Positions 1 through 7,655 of a stretch of DNA of 11,913 bases are shown here, in pieces; the first letter of the stretch is position 1, and each line of letters starts with the position of its first letter. The stretch comes from an uncultured Fibrobacterales bacterium (GTDB lineage Bacteria > Fibrobacterota > Fibrobacteria > Fibrobacterales > CAWVXU01), in the NCBI GenBank assembly GCA_963934255.1, contig CAWVXU010000082.1:1-11913 (forward strand), read 5' to 3'. The notes below the pieces were generated by a model that saw nothing but the letters and a program-made list of their open reading frames with translations, did not search any database and was not told where the DNA came from. Made by a program: the position numbers and the translations under genes.

Positions 1-1
1 G

Positions 2-853
2 AGTAATGAGCCTGATGCGGGTACAAGTACTGCGGAGCTTGTGGTAAATGTAGCGACCTCTAAAGGTGTTAAAGTTGTCGAACGAGCTCAGCTCAATAAA
101 GTCTTAGAAGAACAGTCTCTGATCGCCTCAGGGGTGGTAAGTGACGAGGGTGCGGCAGAGATAGGTGAACTTCTTTCAGCTGAATACCTTGTGACGGGTC
201 GTATTAGTGAATTAATGGGTGAGCGCCTTGTTGCTATTAAATTAGTGAATACTGAAACCGGTGAAGTCGTTGATTCGAAAAATGTGAGCCTTGGTGCAGA
301 TGCCTTTAAGTCTATGCAAAAGGAGCTTCTTGGAGAGGCGACACAGACAAGTGCAGTCATTTTTAGATCGGCTATAGTCCCAGGGTGGGGGCAGATGTAT
401 GCGGGTAAAACGGTTCGTGGTTCAATTTGGACAGGGGCATTTTTCACTTCAGTAGCCACAGGTCTTGTGACTTCGATGCAAGCAAGTTCAAAGTTTGACG
501 ATTATGAAGTCGTATCTTCTCAGAATAATACTCCCAATCTTCAAATTGAATATTGTGAGATAAATTCATGTACAGTAGACGGCTCTTCGTCTTTACCAAA
601 CATTAATGAAAGTGCTATTTTTGCAGAGTACAATTCTTGGAAACAAAAGAAAATTGATTCGAGTTGGGATGATTATGAAAATGCTCAACTTACAAGTCAA
701 ATTGTCTGGGGTGCAACAGGGGCAGTTTGGGCTGCTAACTTAATTGATGCTTATATTGTTGGATCAGAACGCAAAGAGCGTCTTGACACTTATTTCACTG
801 CCATACCTACTTTGGATGGCGGTGTGAATTTACAACTAGGTATGAACTTCTAA
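2..853 (+). CDS. CsgG/HfaB (FlgO-like) domain protein with C-terminal DUF5683-like membrane region; 5'-partial
   Basis: The frame is open from nt 2 (SNEPDAGTSTAELVVNV...), so the true start lies outside the window. VVERAQLNKVLEEQSL...AAEIGELLSAEYLVTGRI...IKLVNTETGEVV is the CsgG/HfaB-type signature. RSAIVPGWGQMY plus hydrophobic helices and AANLIDAY resemble DUF5683. The protein ends in an alternating beta-strand with terminal Phe (VNLQLGMNF). Confidence 0.7.
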   Translation, partial: SNEPDAGTSTAELVVNVATSKGVKVVERAQLNKVLEEQSLIASGVVSDEGAAEIGELLSAEYLVTGRISELMGERLVAIKLVNTETGEVVDSKNVSLGADAFKSMQKELLGEATQTSAVIFRSAIVPGWGQMYAGKTVRGSIWTGAFFTSVATGLVTSMQASSKFDDYEVVSSQNNTPNLQIEYCEINSCTVDGSSSLPNINESAIFAEYNSWKQKKIDSSWDDYENAQLTSQIVWGATGAVWAANLIDAYIVGSERKERLDTYFTAIPTLDGGVNLQLGMNF

Positions 854-861
854 CAGAATAT

Positions 862-1572
862 TTAAGGTGATGTATTTAGTGTGTAATCAATCACAGTATT
901 GTAGTTCTCTCCTTGCGCGTCTTTTATGTCTGAAATCCCTTCATATTTTGTGAGATACTTTTTGCTTTTGTACCATACTTTTAATTCATCTACAAATAGT
1001 TTTAAGAACATATTTGACGGCTGCATGGTGACTAAATACTGGCCATCACTTAGGAGCTTTGCTTTTAATGTGAAGCTAAATGCCTTGCCATACTCAGGAA
1101 GAAATATTTCAACTTGACGATCAGACTGAATAATGTTGTCAAAGTTTTGTAGAATGTAAAAGTGTATACCTGAATCCCAAGTAAAATCCGATTTCGCCTG
1201 AATCACCTTGGTGTAAGATTCTTTTTTAGAATTAAATTGTACTTTAACACCAGCTCTTGTGTGCTTAAAGGAATAAGAGATGTTGTTGCGCTTATCCGTG
1301 AAATCAATCTCAGGGTGCCATCCTGTTGTAGGGATTTTGAGACTCTTTGTTGCAAAGACTTTGCTTTTAGCATCTATGTACTCGACATCAAAAGCTCCGG
1401 TTTCTTCATTTGTAGTAGTGCGTACTTCTGTATACTGAGGCTTTTTGGAGTCAGGAGAAGAGGCTTTGCCCACCCATTGGGAAACAAGGCTCGATGCCAC
1501 TACAACCGAGATTGCTAGAGCCATAAAAATCAACTGAAAACGGGCTATTTTAAGTAATTGTGAAAAAAGCAT
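862..1572 (-). CDS. Exported hypothetical protein (236 aa), divergent from the CarH operon
   Basis: Long ORF. The ATG at 1572 is preceded on the minus strand by GAAAAGGAAATTGCT (AAGGA Shine-Dalgarno), so it is preferred to the track start at 1641. The N-terminus is basic then hydrophobic (KIARFQLIFMALAISVVVAS), like a signal peptide. The body looks beta-rich. Confidence 0.75.
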   Translation of the reverse strand: MLFSQLLKIARFQLIFMALAISVVVASSLVSQWVGKASSPDSKKPQYTEVRTTTNEETGAFDVEYIDAKSKVFATKSLKIPTTGWHPEIDFTDKRNNISYSFKHTRAGVKVQFNSKKESYTKVIQAKSDFTWDSGIHFYILQNFDNIIQSDRQVEIFLPEYGKAFSFTLKAKLLSDGQYLVTMQPSNMFLKLFVDELKVWYKSKKYLTKYEGISDIKDAQGENYNTVIDYTLNTSP

Positions 1573-1601
1573 AGCAATTTCCTTTTCATCATGATATATT
1601 G

Positions 1602-1622
1602 TGTGTAGATTTAATCTATACA
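1602..1622. promoter_or_regulatory. Inverted repeat in the 68-bp divergent intergenic region: candidate CarH/LitR operator and/or overlapping divergent -10 elements
   Basis: TGTGTAGATT-T-AATCTATACA, with arms matching 9/10. Each arm carries a TnnACA-type hexamer and a TAGATT (TAnnnT) -10-like element on its own strand. It sits directly upstream of a MerR-family regulator. Confidence 0.55.
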
Positions 1623-1640
1623 TTTTTTTTGAAACATGCA

Positions 1641-2561
1641 ATGGCTGAAAACAATTATATGAGTATTGGAGATTTAGCTAAAAGAAGCGGGCTGAGTGTT
1701 TTTCGTCTTCGAGCATGGGAATCTAGATATGGTTATCCCGCCCCTCAAAAGCTGCAAAGCGGACACAGAAGGTTTCTACAGGGGGATCTACAAAAACTAC
1801 TTATCGTACAGCAATTGCTAGAAAATGGTTTTAAAATTTCCAAAATCATAGATAAAAGTAAAGAAGAATTGATTGACCTATTGCCAAGGGAATCAACAAC
1901 TCTTCAAACTTTATCTTTGCCATTAAAATCAAAAGAAAGTGCTGACCCTCACAAACTTTTACCCACAATAAAACAAGCGCTTCAACATATAAACGCCTTT
2001 GATGAATCTGCCTTACATGATATCTTTGCAGAGGTGTGGGGGAACTCAACACCGTTAGATTTTTGTGAGAATTTTGTAACACCATTTATATTTCAATTAG
2101 GCGATCAATGGGAAAATGGGTTTCTTGATATAGCCATGGAACACTTTGCTTCAAAGTGTCTTGAAAATTTTATTGATACAAAATGGCGTGAAGCCAATAG
2201 ACTATTAAACGGAAAACCTTTACTACTAGGGATGCTTCCGAATGATTTCCACTCTTTCGGACTGCAAATGTGCGCTCTCCTGGCTGTGTATGAAAACATA
2301 AAGATCGTTTATCTCGGTGAAAGAACACCTATTGAAGCAATCGAAACTGCGACTAGAGACCTTGATACACTTGGTGTTGTGTTGAGTATTTCTAAAACAA
2401 TGACTGACAAAGTGACTATGGATTATTTAAAACAACTAAGAAAAGAAATACCTAAAGAAATATCCATAGTGATAGGTGGAGGTGGCGCTTACAAAATTAA
2501 AGGTATAGATGAAATTACACAATTTAGGGAGTATATATCATGGGTTCAAAAAAGAAAATAG
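1641..2561 (+). CDS. carH: MerR-family cobalamin-binding transcriptional regulator, CarH/LitR class I (AdoB12 photoreceptor type)
   Basis: N-terminal MerR winged HTH (MSIGDLAKRSGLSVFRLRAWESRYG...SGHRRF). Helical cap with W-x9-EH (WENGFLDIAMEH, nt 2109-2144). Rossmann B12 domain with DFHSFG (nt 2244-2261), YLGERTP, VLSIS and IGGGG. Start is ATG 1641 or ATG 1659; the track's TTG 1599 is unlikely. Confidence 0.88.
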   Translation: MAENNYMSIGDLAKRSGLSVFRLRAWESRYGYPAPQKLQSGHRRFLQGDLQKLLIVQQLLENGFKISKIIDKSKEELIDLLPRESTTLQTLSLPLKSKESADPHKLLPTIKQALQHINAFDESALHDIFAEVWGNSTPLDFCENFVTPFIFQLGDQWENGFLDIAMEHFASKCLENFIDTKWREANRLLNGKPLLLGMLPNDFHSFGLQMCALLAVYENIKIVYLGERTPIEAIETATRDLDTLGVVLSISKTMTDKVTMDYLKQLRKEIPKEISIVIGGGGAYKIKGIDEITQFREYISWVQKRK

Positions 2562-3817
2562 CAGTTATCGGTGGTGGAGTTTCCGGGATATCTGCTGCAC
2601 TCATGCTTCATAATAATTACGATGTTGAAATTTTTGAAAAAGAACATTACGTCGGTGGACATACAAATACCATAGAAATTACAGAGGGTGCAGATAAAGG
2701 TCTTGGCGTGGATACAGGGTTTATTGTCTGTAATAATTGGACATACCCTAATTTTCACGCAATGATGAAAAAGCTGGATGTTGAGATTAGAGATACTTGT
2801 ATGTCATTTGGATATCATGATGAAGTGTCTGGATTTCAATATGCAGGGACTGATCTCAATGGCTTGTTTGCCGATCGTATAAATTTGTTGAATCCCAAAA
2901 TGTATCGCTTGTTAAAAGATGTATACACCTTTAATAAGAATGCTAAAAAGGATTTAGAGGCTCAGCGGAATTTTGATGGAATGACTCTGAAGTCATATCT
3001 TGATGAACTCAAAGTATCTGATATATTTATCATGCAATATTTGGTGCCCATAGGTGGAGCAATTTGGTCTTCATCCAACGCAACAATGTTGGATTTTCCA
3101 GCCTCATTATTTTTGCACTTTTTTAAGAATCATGGGTTATTAAATATTCTCAATCGGCCTCAATGGCAAACGGTGGCTGGTGGTTCTGCTACCTATGTGA
3201 AAAAGTTTTTAAAAGTGTTCAAAGGCTCGGTTAAAATCTCGTCAAAAATTGAAAAAGTATCTCGCAATGAGACTGGAGTAATCATACATACACCAGAAGG
3301 TGTGTTTCAATATGACCAAGTTATTTTCGCAACTCATGCCGACCAAATACTGCCACTATTAGAAAACCCAACATCAGAAGAAATTACAGCCTTGACGCCT
3401 TGGAATTATATTGAGAATCATACTGTTCTTCATACTGACACCTCGGTTATGCCCACTAATAAAAGAGCTTGGGCTTCATGGAACTTCACTAAAGAACCAG
3501 AAGTGAAAGATTCGTTTCCAGTATCAGTAACCTATGATATGGGTAGGTTACAGGGCTTAAAGACAGACGAAAATTATTTGGTAACATTAAATAGAAACCA
3601 AACTATTGATCCATCCAAAGTAATCCGTGAATTCAGATATTTCCACCCAAATTTTGATTTAGGGACTCTTGGCACACGTAAAGCTATTTGGAATTTAAAT
3701 GGAAGCCAAAACACCTTTTATACTGGCTCATATATGGGGTATGGTTTTCATGAAGATGCAGTAAAATCCTCTGTTGATATGGTCAATGAATTCTTTGATG
3801 GGGAGTCGTTTGAATGA
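2540..3817 (+). CDS. FAD-dependent oxidoreductase, COG2907/amine-oxidase-like (UfaD/RSP1091- and Rv0449c-like putative fatty acid desaturase)
   Basis: Dinucleotide-binding motif IAVIGGGVSG. Family motifs GGHTNT, VDTGFIV..NWTYPNF, PQWQTVAGGS, RAWASWN and GYGFHEDA. SD AGGGAG at 2526-2531. Overlaps the carH 3' end by 22 nt. Confidence 0.88.
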   Translation: MGSKKKIAVIGGGVSGISAALMLHNNYDVEIFEKEHYVGGHTNTIEITEGADKGLGVDTGFIVCNNWTYPNFHAMMKKLDVEIRDTCMSFGYHDEVSGFQYAGTDLNGLFADRINLLNPKMYRLLKDVYTFNKNAKKDLEAQRNFDGMTLKSYLDELKVSDIFIMQYLVPIGGAIWSSSNATMLDFPASLFLHFFKNHGLLNILNRPQWQTVAGGSATYVKKFLKVFKGSVKISSKIEKVSRNETGVIIHTPEGVFQYDQVIFATHADQILPLLENPTSEEITALTPWNYIENHTVLHTDTSVMPTNKRAWASWNFTKEPEVKDSFPVSVTYDMGRLQGLKTDENYLVTLNRNQTIDPSKVIREFRYFHPNFDLGTLGTRKAIWNLNGSQNTFYTGSYMGYGFHEDAVKSSVDMVNEFFDGESFE

Positions 3818-4578
3818 TTTCTCACTTGACGGGTACAACATGGCATAAGCGCTATACACCAGTAGAACATGAGTTCTCCTATCCATTGGCGTACCTCCAA
3901 GTAGATATTGATGCCAATAATAATGATTATGATACAGGTTCACGCTTGTTGAAGTTTGATCAAAATGATTACATACCACAGTATAAAGGGTCGCTTTATC
4001 AGAGAATAGGAGATTGTTTACTTTCTCATGATAGTCCCCTAGAATTTAATCAAGTGAAATTGATTACTATGCCAAAGGTGTTTGGTTTTTGTTTTAACCC
4101 GGTAAACTTTTATCTGCTTATCCAAGATGGAACAAAAGTCGGTCTCATAGTTGAAATCAACAACACTTTCGGTGAGAAACATACTTATGCATACTCAGGA
4201 AACCCCTTAGATGTCCTAATTAGAATGGATAAGACTTTTCACGTTTCTCCATTCAATAATGTAGCGGGATTTTATGAAGTAAAAATCAGTGAAGCAGCTG
4301 GAGTAGTTCATGTTGATATTGATCTACATCGGGACGGCCAAATGATATTCAAGTCAAATTTGAATTTAAAGCCAAGGGCGAAGACAATTAGCTTTTTAGA
4401 TGTGGTGAGAAATCTACCCAATCTATTACTTACGACGGTTCGGATTGGAAAACAAGCAGCCATGTTATACTACGTCAAAAAAATGGATGTTTATGACCTC
4501 CCTGAACCTCAAACAAAGTATACGCTTAAATGGAAGAAACCAGTATTTCTTCAAAGAATACTTACGGGAAAAATTTAA
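3814..4578 (+). CDS. DUF1365 family protein (UfaO/RSP1090- and Rv0448c-like)
   Basis: Motifs H.R..P..H.F.Y, FGFCFNPVNFY, EINNTFGEKHTY and KTFHVSPF. ATGA overlap with the upstream gene. Usual position between the COG2907 gene and cfa. Confidence 0.88.
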   Translation: MISHLTGTTWHKRYTPVEHEFSYPLAYLQVDIDANNNDYDTGSRLLKFDQNDYIPQYKGSLYQRIGDCLLSHDSPLEFNQVKLITMPKVFGFCFNPVNFYLLIQDGTKVGLIVEINNTFGEKHTYAYSGNPLDVLIRMDKTFHVSPFNNVAGFYEVKISEAAGVVHVDIDLHRDGQMIFKSNLNLKPRAKTISFLDVVRNLPNLLLTTVRIGKQAAMLYYVKKMDVYDLPEPQTKYTLKWKKPVFLQRILTGKI

Positions 4579-4599
4579 CACTTGTTAAAAGGAAATAAA

Positions 4600-5865
4600 A
4601 TGACAGCAATTTTATCACAAAACGAAACTCAATCGACAATGTCAATGACCCATAGAGTCAGTTTATGGTTTTTAAATAAGCTATTGTCAAAAGCGAAAAA
4701 TGGAAAGCTTGAGATTGTCCTTCCCAATGGCAAACAATTATTTTTTGGAGAATTAACTTCCGCCAAAACAGTTGAACTCAACATTAACGAGTGGGCATTT
4801 TTCACTAAAATTTTAGTAAGTGGTGATGTTGGTTTTGGTGAGTCATTTGTTGATGGTGATTGGTCTAGTCCAGACCTCACGGCCCTTCTACACTGGTTTG
4901 CTATTAATCAAACGACGATGGAAGACCAAAATTTTGCTTTTAGCAAGATGGGTGATTTGGTAAATTGGTTCGGTCATAAGTTAAAGGCCAACACCATTGA
5001 TGGTAGTCGTCAAAACATTAGTGATCACTATGATCTCAGTAACGATCTATATGAAGCATTTTTGGATCCGCATATGCAATATTCTTGCGCACTTTGGAAA
5101 ACTCCGAGTGAGTCTCTAGAGGAAGCTCAAGAAAACAAAATGCGTGCAGTTCTTGATAAATTACAACTCAAACCTGGGATGAGAGTTCTTGAAGTTGGTT
5201 CTGGTTGGGGTGGACTTGCTGTCATGGCTGTTAAGGAATATGGCGTTCATGTTAAATCCATTACCTTGTCGGAGCAACAACTAAAAGTTGCCAAGCAAAG
5301 AGCAAAGGATGAAGGCGTCCAAGATTTGATTCAGTTTAAGTATCAAGATTATCGTCACGAGTTAGGCAAATTTGACCGTGTGATGTCAGTTGAAATGGTG
5401 GAAGCTGTTGGACATGAAAACTTATCTGTTTATTTTAAAAAAATTGAAGAGGTTTTAAAACCTTCTGGACTTGCTGTAGTCCAAGTGATAACGACTCCAA
5501 ATTCCAAGTACCACACTTATCGTAAAAATTGTGATTGGATCCAAAAATACATCTTCCCAGGTGCGGTTTGTCCATCACTTGAGTCAATGGTATCTGCTAT
5601 GACTTCTAATACAAAGCTCATGATACACGATCTTGAAAATTTTGGAACACATTACGCTCGAACTCTTCGAGAATGGAACCACCGTTTCCATAACAATTGG
5701 AAAGAAATTCAAAAGTCAGGTTTTGATGAGCGTTTTAGGAAAATTTGGGAATACTACTTGTGTTATTGTGAGGCGGGATACGAGGCAAGGTCACTAGATA
5801 ATTTACAGCTTGTCATTAGTAAAGAAAATAATGAAAGCTTGAATGATTTTGGGCGGGGTCGCTAA
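4600..5865 (+). CDS. cfa: SAM-dependent fatty-acyl-phospholipid methyltransferase, cyclopropane-fatty-acid synthase family (UfaM/UfaA1-like)
   Basis: Motifs NISDHYDLSNDLY, MQYSCA, the SAM motif LEVGSGWGGLA, SVEMVEAVG, WIQKYIFPG, HYARTLREW and WEYYLCYCEAG. ATG 4600 has SD AAGGA at 4589-4593. Confidence 0.92.
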   Translation: MTAILSQNETQSTMSMTHRVSLWFLNKLLSKAKNGKLEIVLPNGKQLFFGELTSAKTVELNINEWAFFTKILVSGDVGFGESFVDGDWSSPDLTALLHWFAINQTTMEDQNFAFSKMGDLVNWFGHKLKANTIDGSRQNISDHYDLSNDLYEAFLDPHMQYSCALWKTPSESLEEAQENKMRAVLDKLQLKPGMRVLEVGSGWGGLAVMAVKEYGVHVKSITLSEQQLKVAKQRAKDEGVQDLIQFKYQDYRHELGKFDRVMSVEMVEAVGHENLSVYFKKIEEVLKPSGLAVVQVITTPNSKYHTYRKNCDWIQKYIFPGAVCPSLESMVSAMTSNTKLMIHDLENFGTHYARTLREWNHRFHNNWKEIQKSGFDERFRKIWEYYLCYCEAGYEARSLDNLQLVISKENNESLNDFGRGR

Positions 5866-5870
5866 GGTTC

Positions 5871-6332
5871 ATGATGAAAATATTCTCTAAAATTTCAAAC
5901 ACCATAGTTTCAGAGCTAAAAAGCGGCTGGAGTATGCAGAGCATTGCCTCTTCGATTGTTGTTGGAGCTGCAATTGGAATCTTTCCAGTACTTGGCTCCA
6001 CAACTGCTTTGGTTTTTGTAGCGGCTAAGTATTTAAAGTTAAATCAGGTGGTTTGCCAGGCTGTGAATTATTTAGTGTATCCACTACAAATTATGCTTTG
6101 GCTTCCCATGATGTTTTTGGGGGCAAGCCTTCTAGGGATTGAACTTGAATTCAATTCCATAGAGGAGTTTAAAGAATTATTAACTCAGAACACTATGGTC
6201 TTTTTCACTGAGATCATTTGGTATCAATTAGCGGGTGTATTTGTTTGGGCTCTACTTGTGTTGCCTTTTGGTGCCGCACTTTACTGCTTTATTATTTCTA
6301 TTCTTATAAAAAATAACCAGGATCAAAAATGA
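5871..6332 (+). CDS. DUF2062 family membrane protein
   Basis: SIASSIVVGAAIGIFPVLGSTT...LKLNQVVCQAVNYLVYPLQI matches the DUF2062 pattern. Several hydrophobic segments. Starts 5 nt after the cfa stop. Confidence 0.75.
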   Translation: MMKIFSKISNTIVSELKSGWSMQSIASSIVVGAAIGIFPVLGSTTALVFVAAKYLKLNQVVCQAVNYLVYPLQIMLWLPMMFLGASLLGIELEFNSIEEFKELLTQNTMVFFTEIIWYQLAGVFVWALLVLPFGAALYCFIISILIKNNQDQK

Positions 6333-7117
6333 CATTATTTATTGGATTTATTATTCCACTTATTTCCGTACTGTTTTTCTTTTTGTTGTATAAAAAATTA
6401 AACAATCCAAGTGTGATTGATATTGCTTGGGGCATTAATGTCTTTCTTCCTGTGAGTTGGTACCTCTCTCAATATTACTCAACAACGAGTACAATCTCTA
6501 TTGTGTTTTGTTTACTTGCCATGTTATGGGGTCTCAGGCTGACATCTCATATTGGCTATCGTAATTTGACCGAGGAAGTTGATGGTAGATACCATGAGTT
6601 CGAACGCAAATGGAAAGAGCAGGATTCTAACTATAAGAATCCCGACCGAAATTACTTGCAATTTTTCCTTATTCAATCAACGATGTCTTTTATGTTGAGT
6701 TTACCATTTTACTTTGCGTTAAAGAATCCCTTGCCTTCATCAAGTATTCTTTGGACGATTTTTGCTTTGATATTTATTGCGTTGGTATTTGAGGCGATTG
6801 CTGACTATCAATTATTATCATTCAAAAGGTCAAAGGTTAAAACCTCACGAGTTTGTAAGACAGGGCTTTGGCGTTACTCAAGACACCCCAATTATTTTTT
6901 TGAAATTTCAATTTGGGTATTGGTAGCGGTTGTGTCACTTTGGTTGCCATGGGGTTTTGTCTTTATTGGACTTCCTCTGATGATTGGGTTCTTCATATTA
7001 AACGTCACCGGTATTCCAGCAGCTGAAGCTCAAGCAATCAGTACTCGTGGGCAAGAATATAAAGACTATGTTGAACAAACCTCTTCAATAATTCCATGGT
7101 TCCCTAAAAAACTCTAA
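6329..7117 (+). CDS. DUF1295 family integral membrane protein (steroid 5-alpha-reductase/ICMT-like superfamily)
   Basis: Motifs IDIAWG, LWGLRL, DGRY, EAIADYQL..FK, GLWRYSRHPNYFFE and Y..Y...TS..IPWFPK. ATGA overlap with the upstream gene. Confidence 0.88.
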   Translation: MTLFIGFIIPLISVLFFFLLYKKLNNPSVIDIAWGINVFLPVSWYLSQYYSTTSTISIVFCLLAMLWGLRLTSHIGYRNLTEEVDGRYHEFERKWKEQDSNYKNPDRNYLQFFLIQSTMSFMLSLPFYFALKNPLPSSSILWTIFALIFIALVFEAIADYQLLSFKRSKVKTSRVCKTGLWRYSRHPNYFFEISIWVLVAVVSLWLPWGFVFIGLPLMIGFFILNVTGIPAAEAQAISTRGQEYKDYVEQTSSIIPWFPKKL

Positions 7118-7153
7118 CAATGAGTACAGTTAGATGTGTTAGGTGGATAATAT

Positions 7154-7528
7154 ATGTTCGAATACTTTAAGCTTCAAAATAAGCTCATAGCAACTCAGCT
7201 TGGGTTTTCACTTGCCTTAACAGTAATCATAACGGGCCAACTTTTAGCTTTTGACTTGCCTTTGATTCATACCGCTTTAAGTGTCATTCCCATGGGCGCC
7301 TATTCTTATTCTATTGTGTATAAGAAGTCAAAGCAAACGAGTCTCTTGGCTTATTGGGTGCCTGTCGGAATTTGGTCTCTATTTTTATTGTATAATTGGA
7401 TGATTGGGCATGAATCTAATGACCCGATTCAAGATGTAATATCGCTTTTATTTAAAATAAGTTTGCCATCTTATGTTCTGACATTTGTCTGGGTAACGTC
7501 GCCATGGTCTCCTAAAAATAACGTTTAG
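7154..7528 (+). CDS. Small hypothetical membrane protein (about four TM helices)
   Basis: 124-aa ORF with four hydrophobic stretches. SD-like AGGTGG at 7141-7146. Starts 36 nt after DUF1295. No family recognised. Confidence 0.65.
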   Translation: MFEYFKLQNKLIATQLGFSLALTVIITGQLLAFDLPLIHTALSVIPMGAYSYSIVYKKSKQTSLLAYWVPVGIWSLFLLYNWMIGHESNDPIQDVISLLFKISLPSYVLTFVWVTSPWSPKNNV

Positions 7529-7631
7529 CATAGTTGTGATCTTTGAAATACAGTCAATAGGTGACGATTCCTTGTTTTATTAGCGGAAATAGTAAATTTT
7601 AAGCTTAAAAAGGCCTTCCAACCTCATTTCT

Positions 7632-7655
7632 AAGGCTCCAAAAGAAGCCTTTTTT
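7632..7655 (+). terminator. Possible weak intrinsic terminator between the lipid operon and pnp
   Basis: AAGGCT (7632-7637) pairs with AGCCTT (7646-7651) and runs into a T6 tract (7650-7655). The stem is short and an alternative pairing exists (see findings). Confidence 0.4.

Noticed and set aside
1623..1630. T8 run just upstream of carH as a phase-variation tract
   Set aside because: Short and unremarkable in AT-rich intergenic DNA, and no length variation can be seen from one sequence.
1573..1641. Track starts at 1641 (minus ORF) and 1599 (carH), which make the two genes overlap
   Set aside because: The minus gene has a clear SD before ATG 1572, and the MerR domain begins after ATG 1641/1659. 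The extensions would run through the regulatory repeat.
2540..3817. Reading the oxidoreductase as a carotenoid desaturase (CrtI) because it follows carH
   Set aside because: Its motifs (VDTGFIV, RAWASWN, GFHED) and the DUF1365/cfa neighbours indicate COG2907. No crtB or crtE is in the window.
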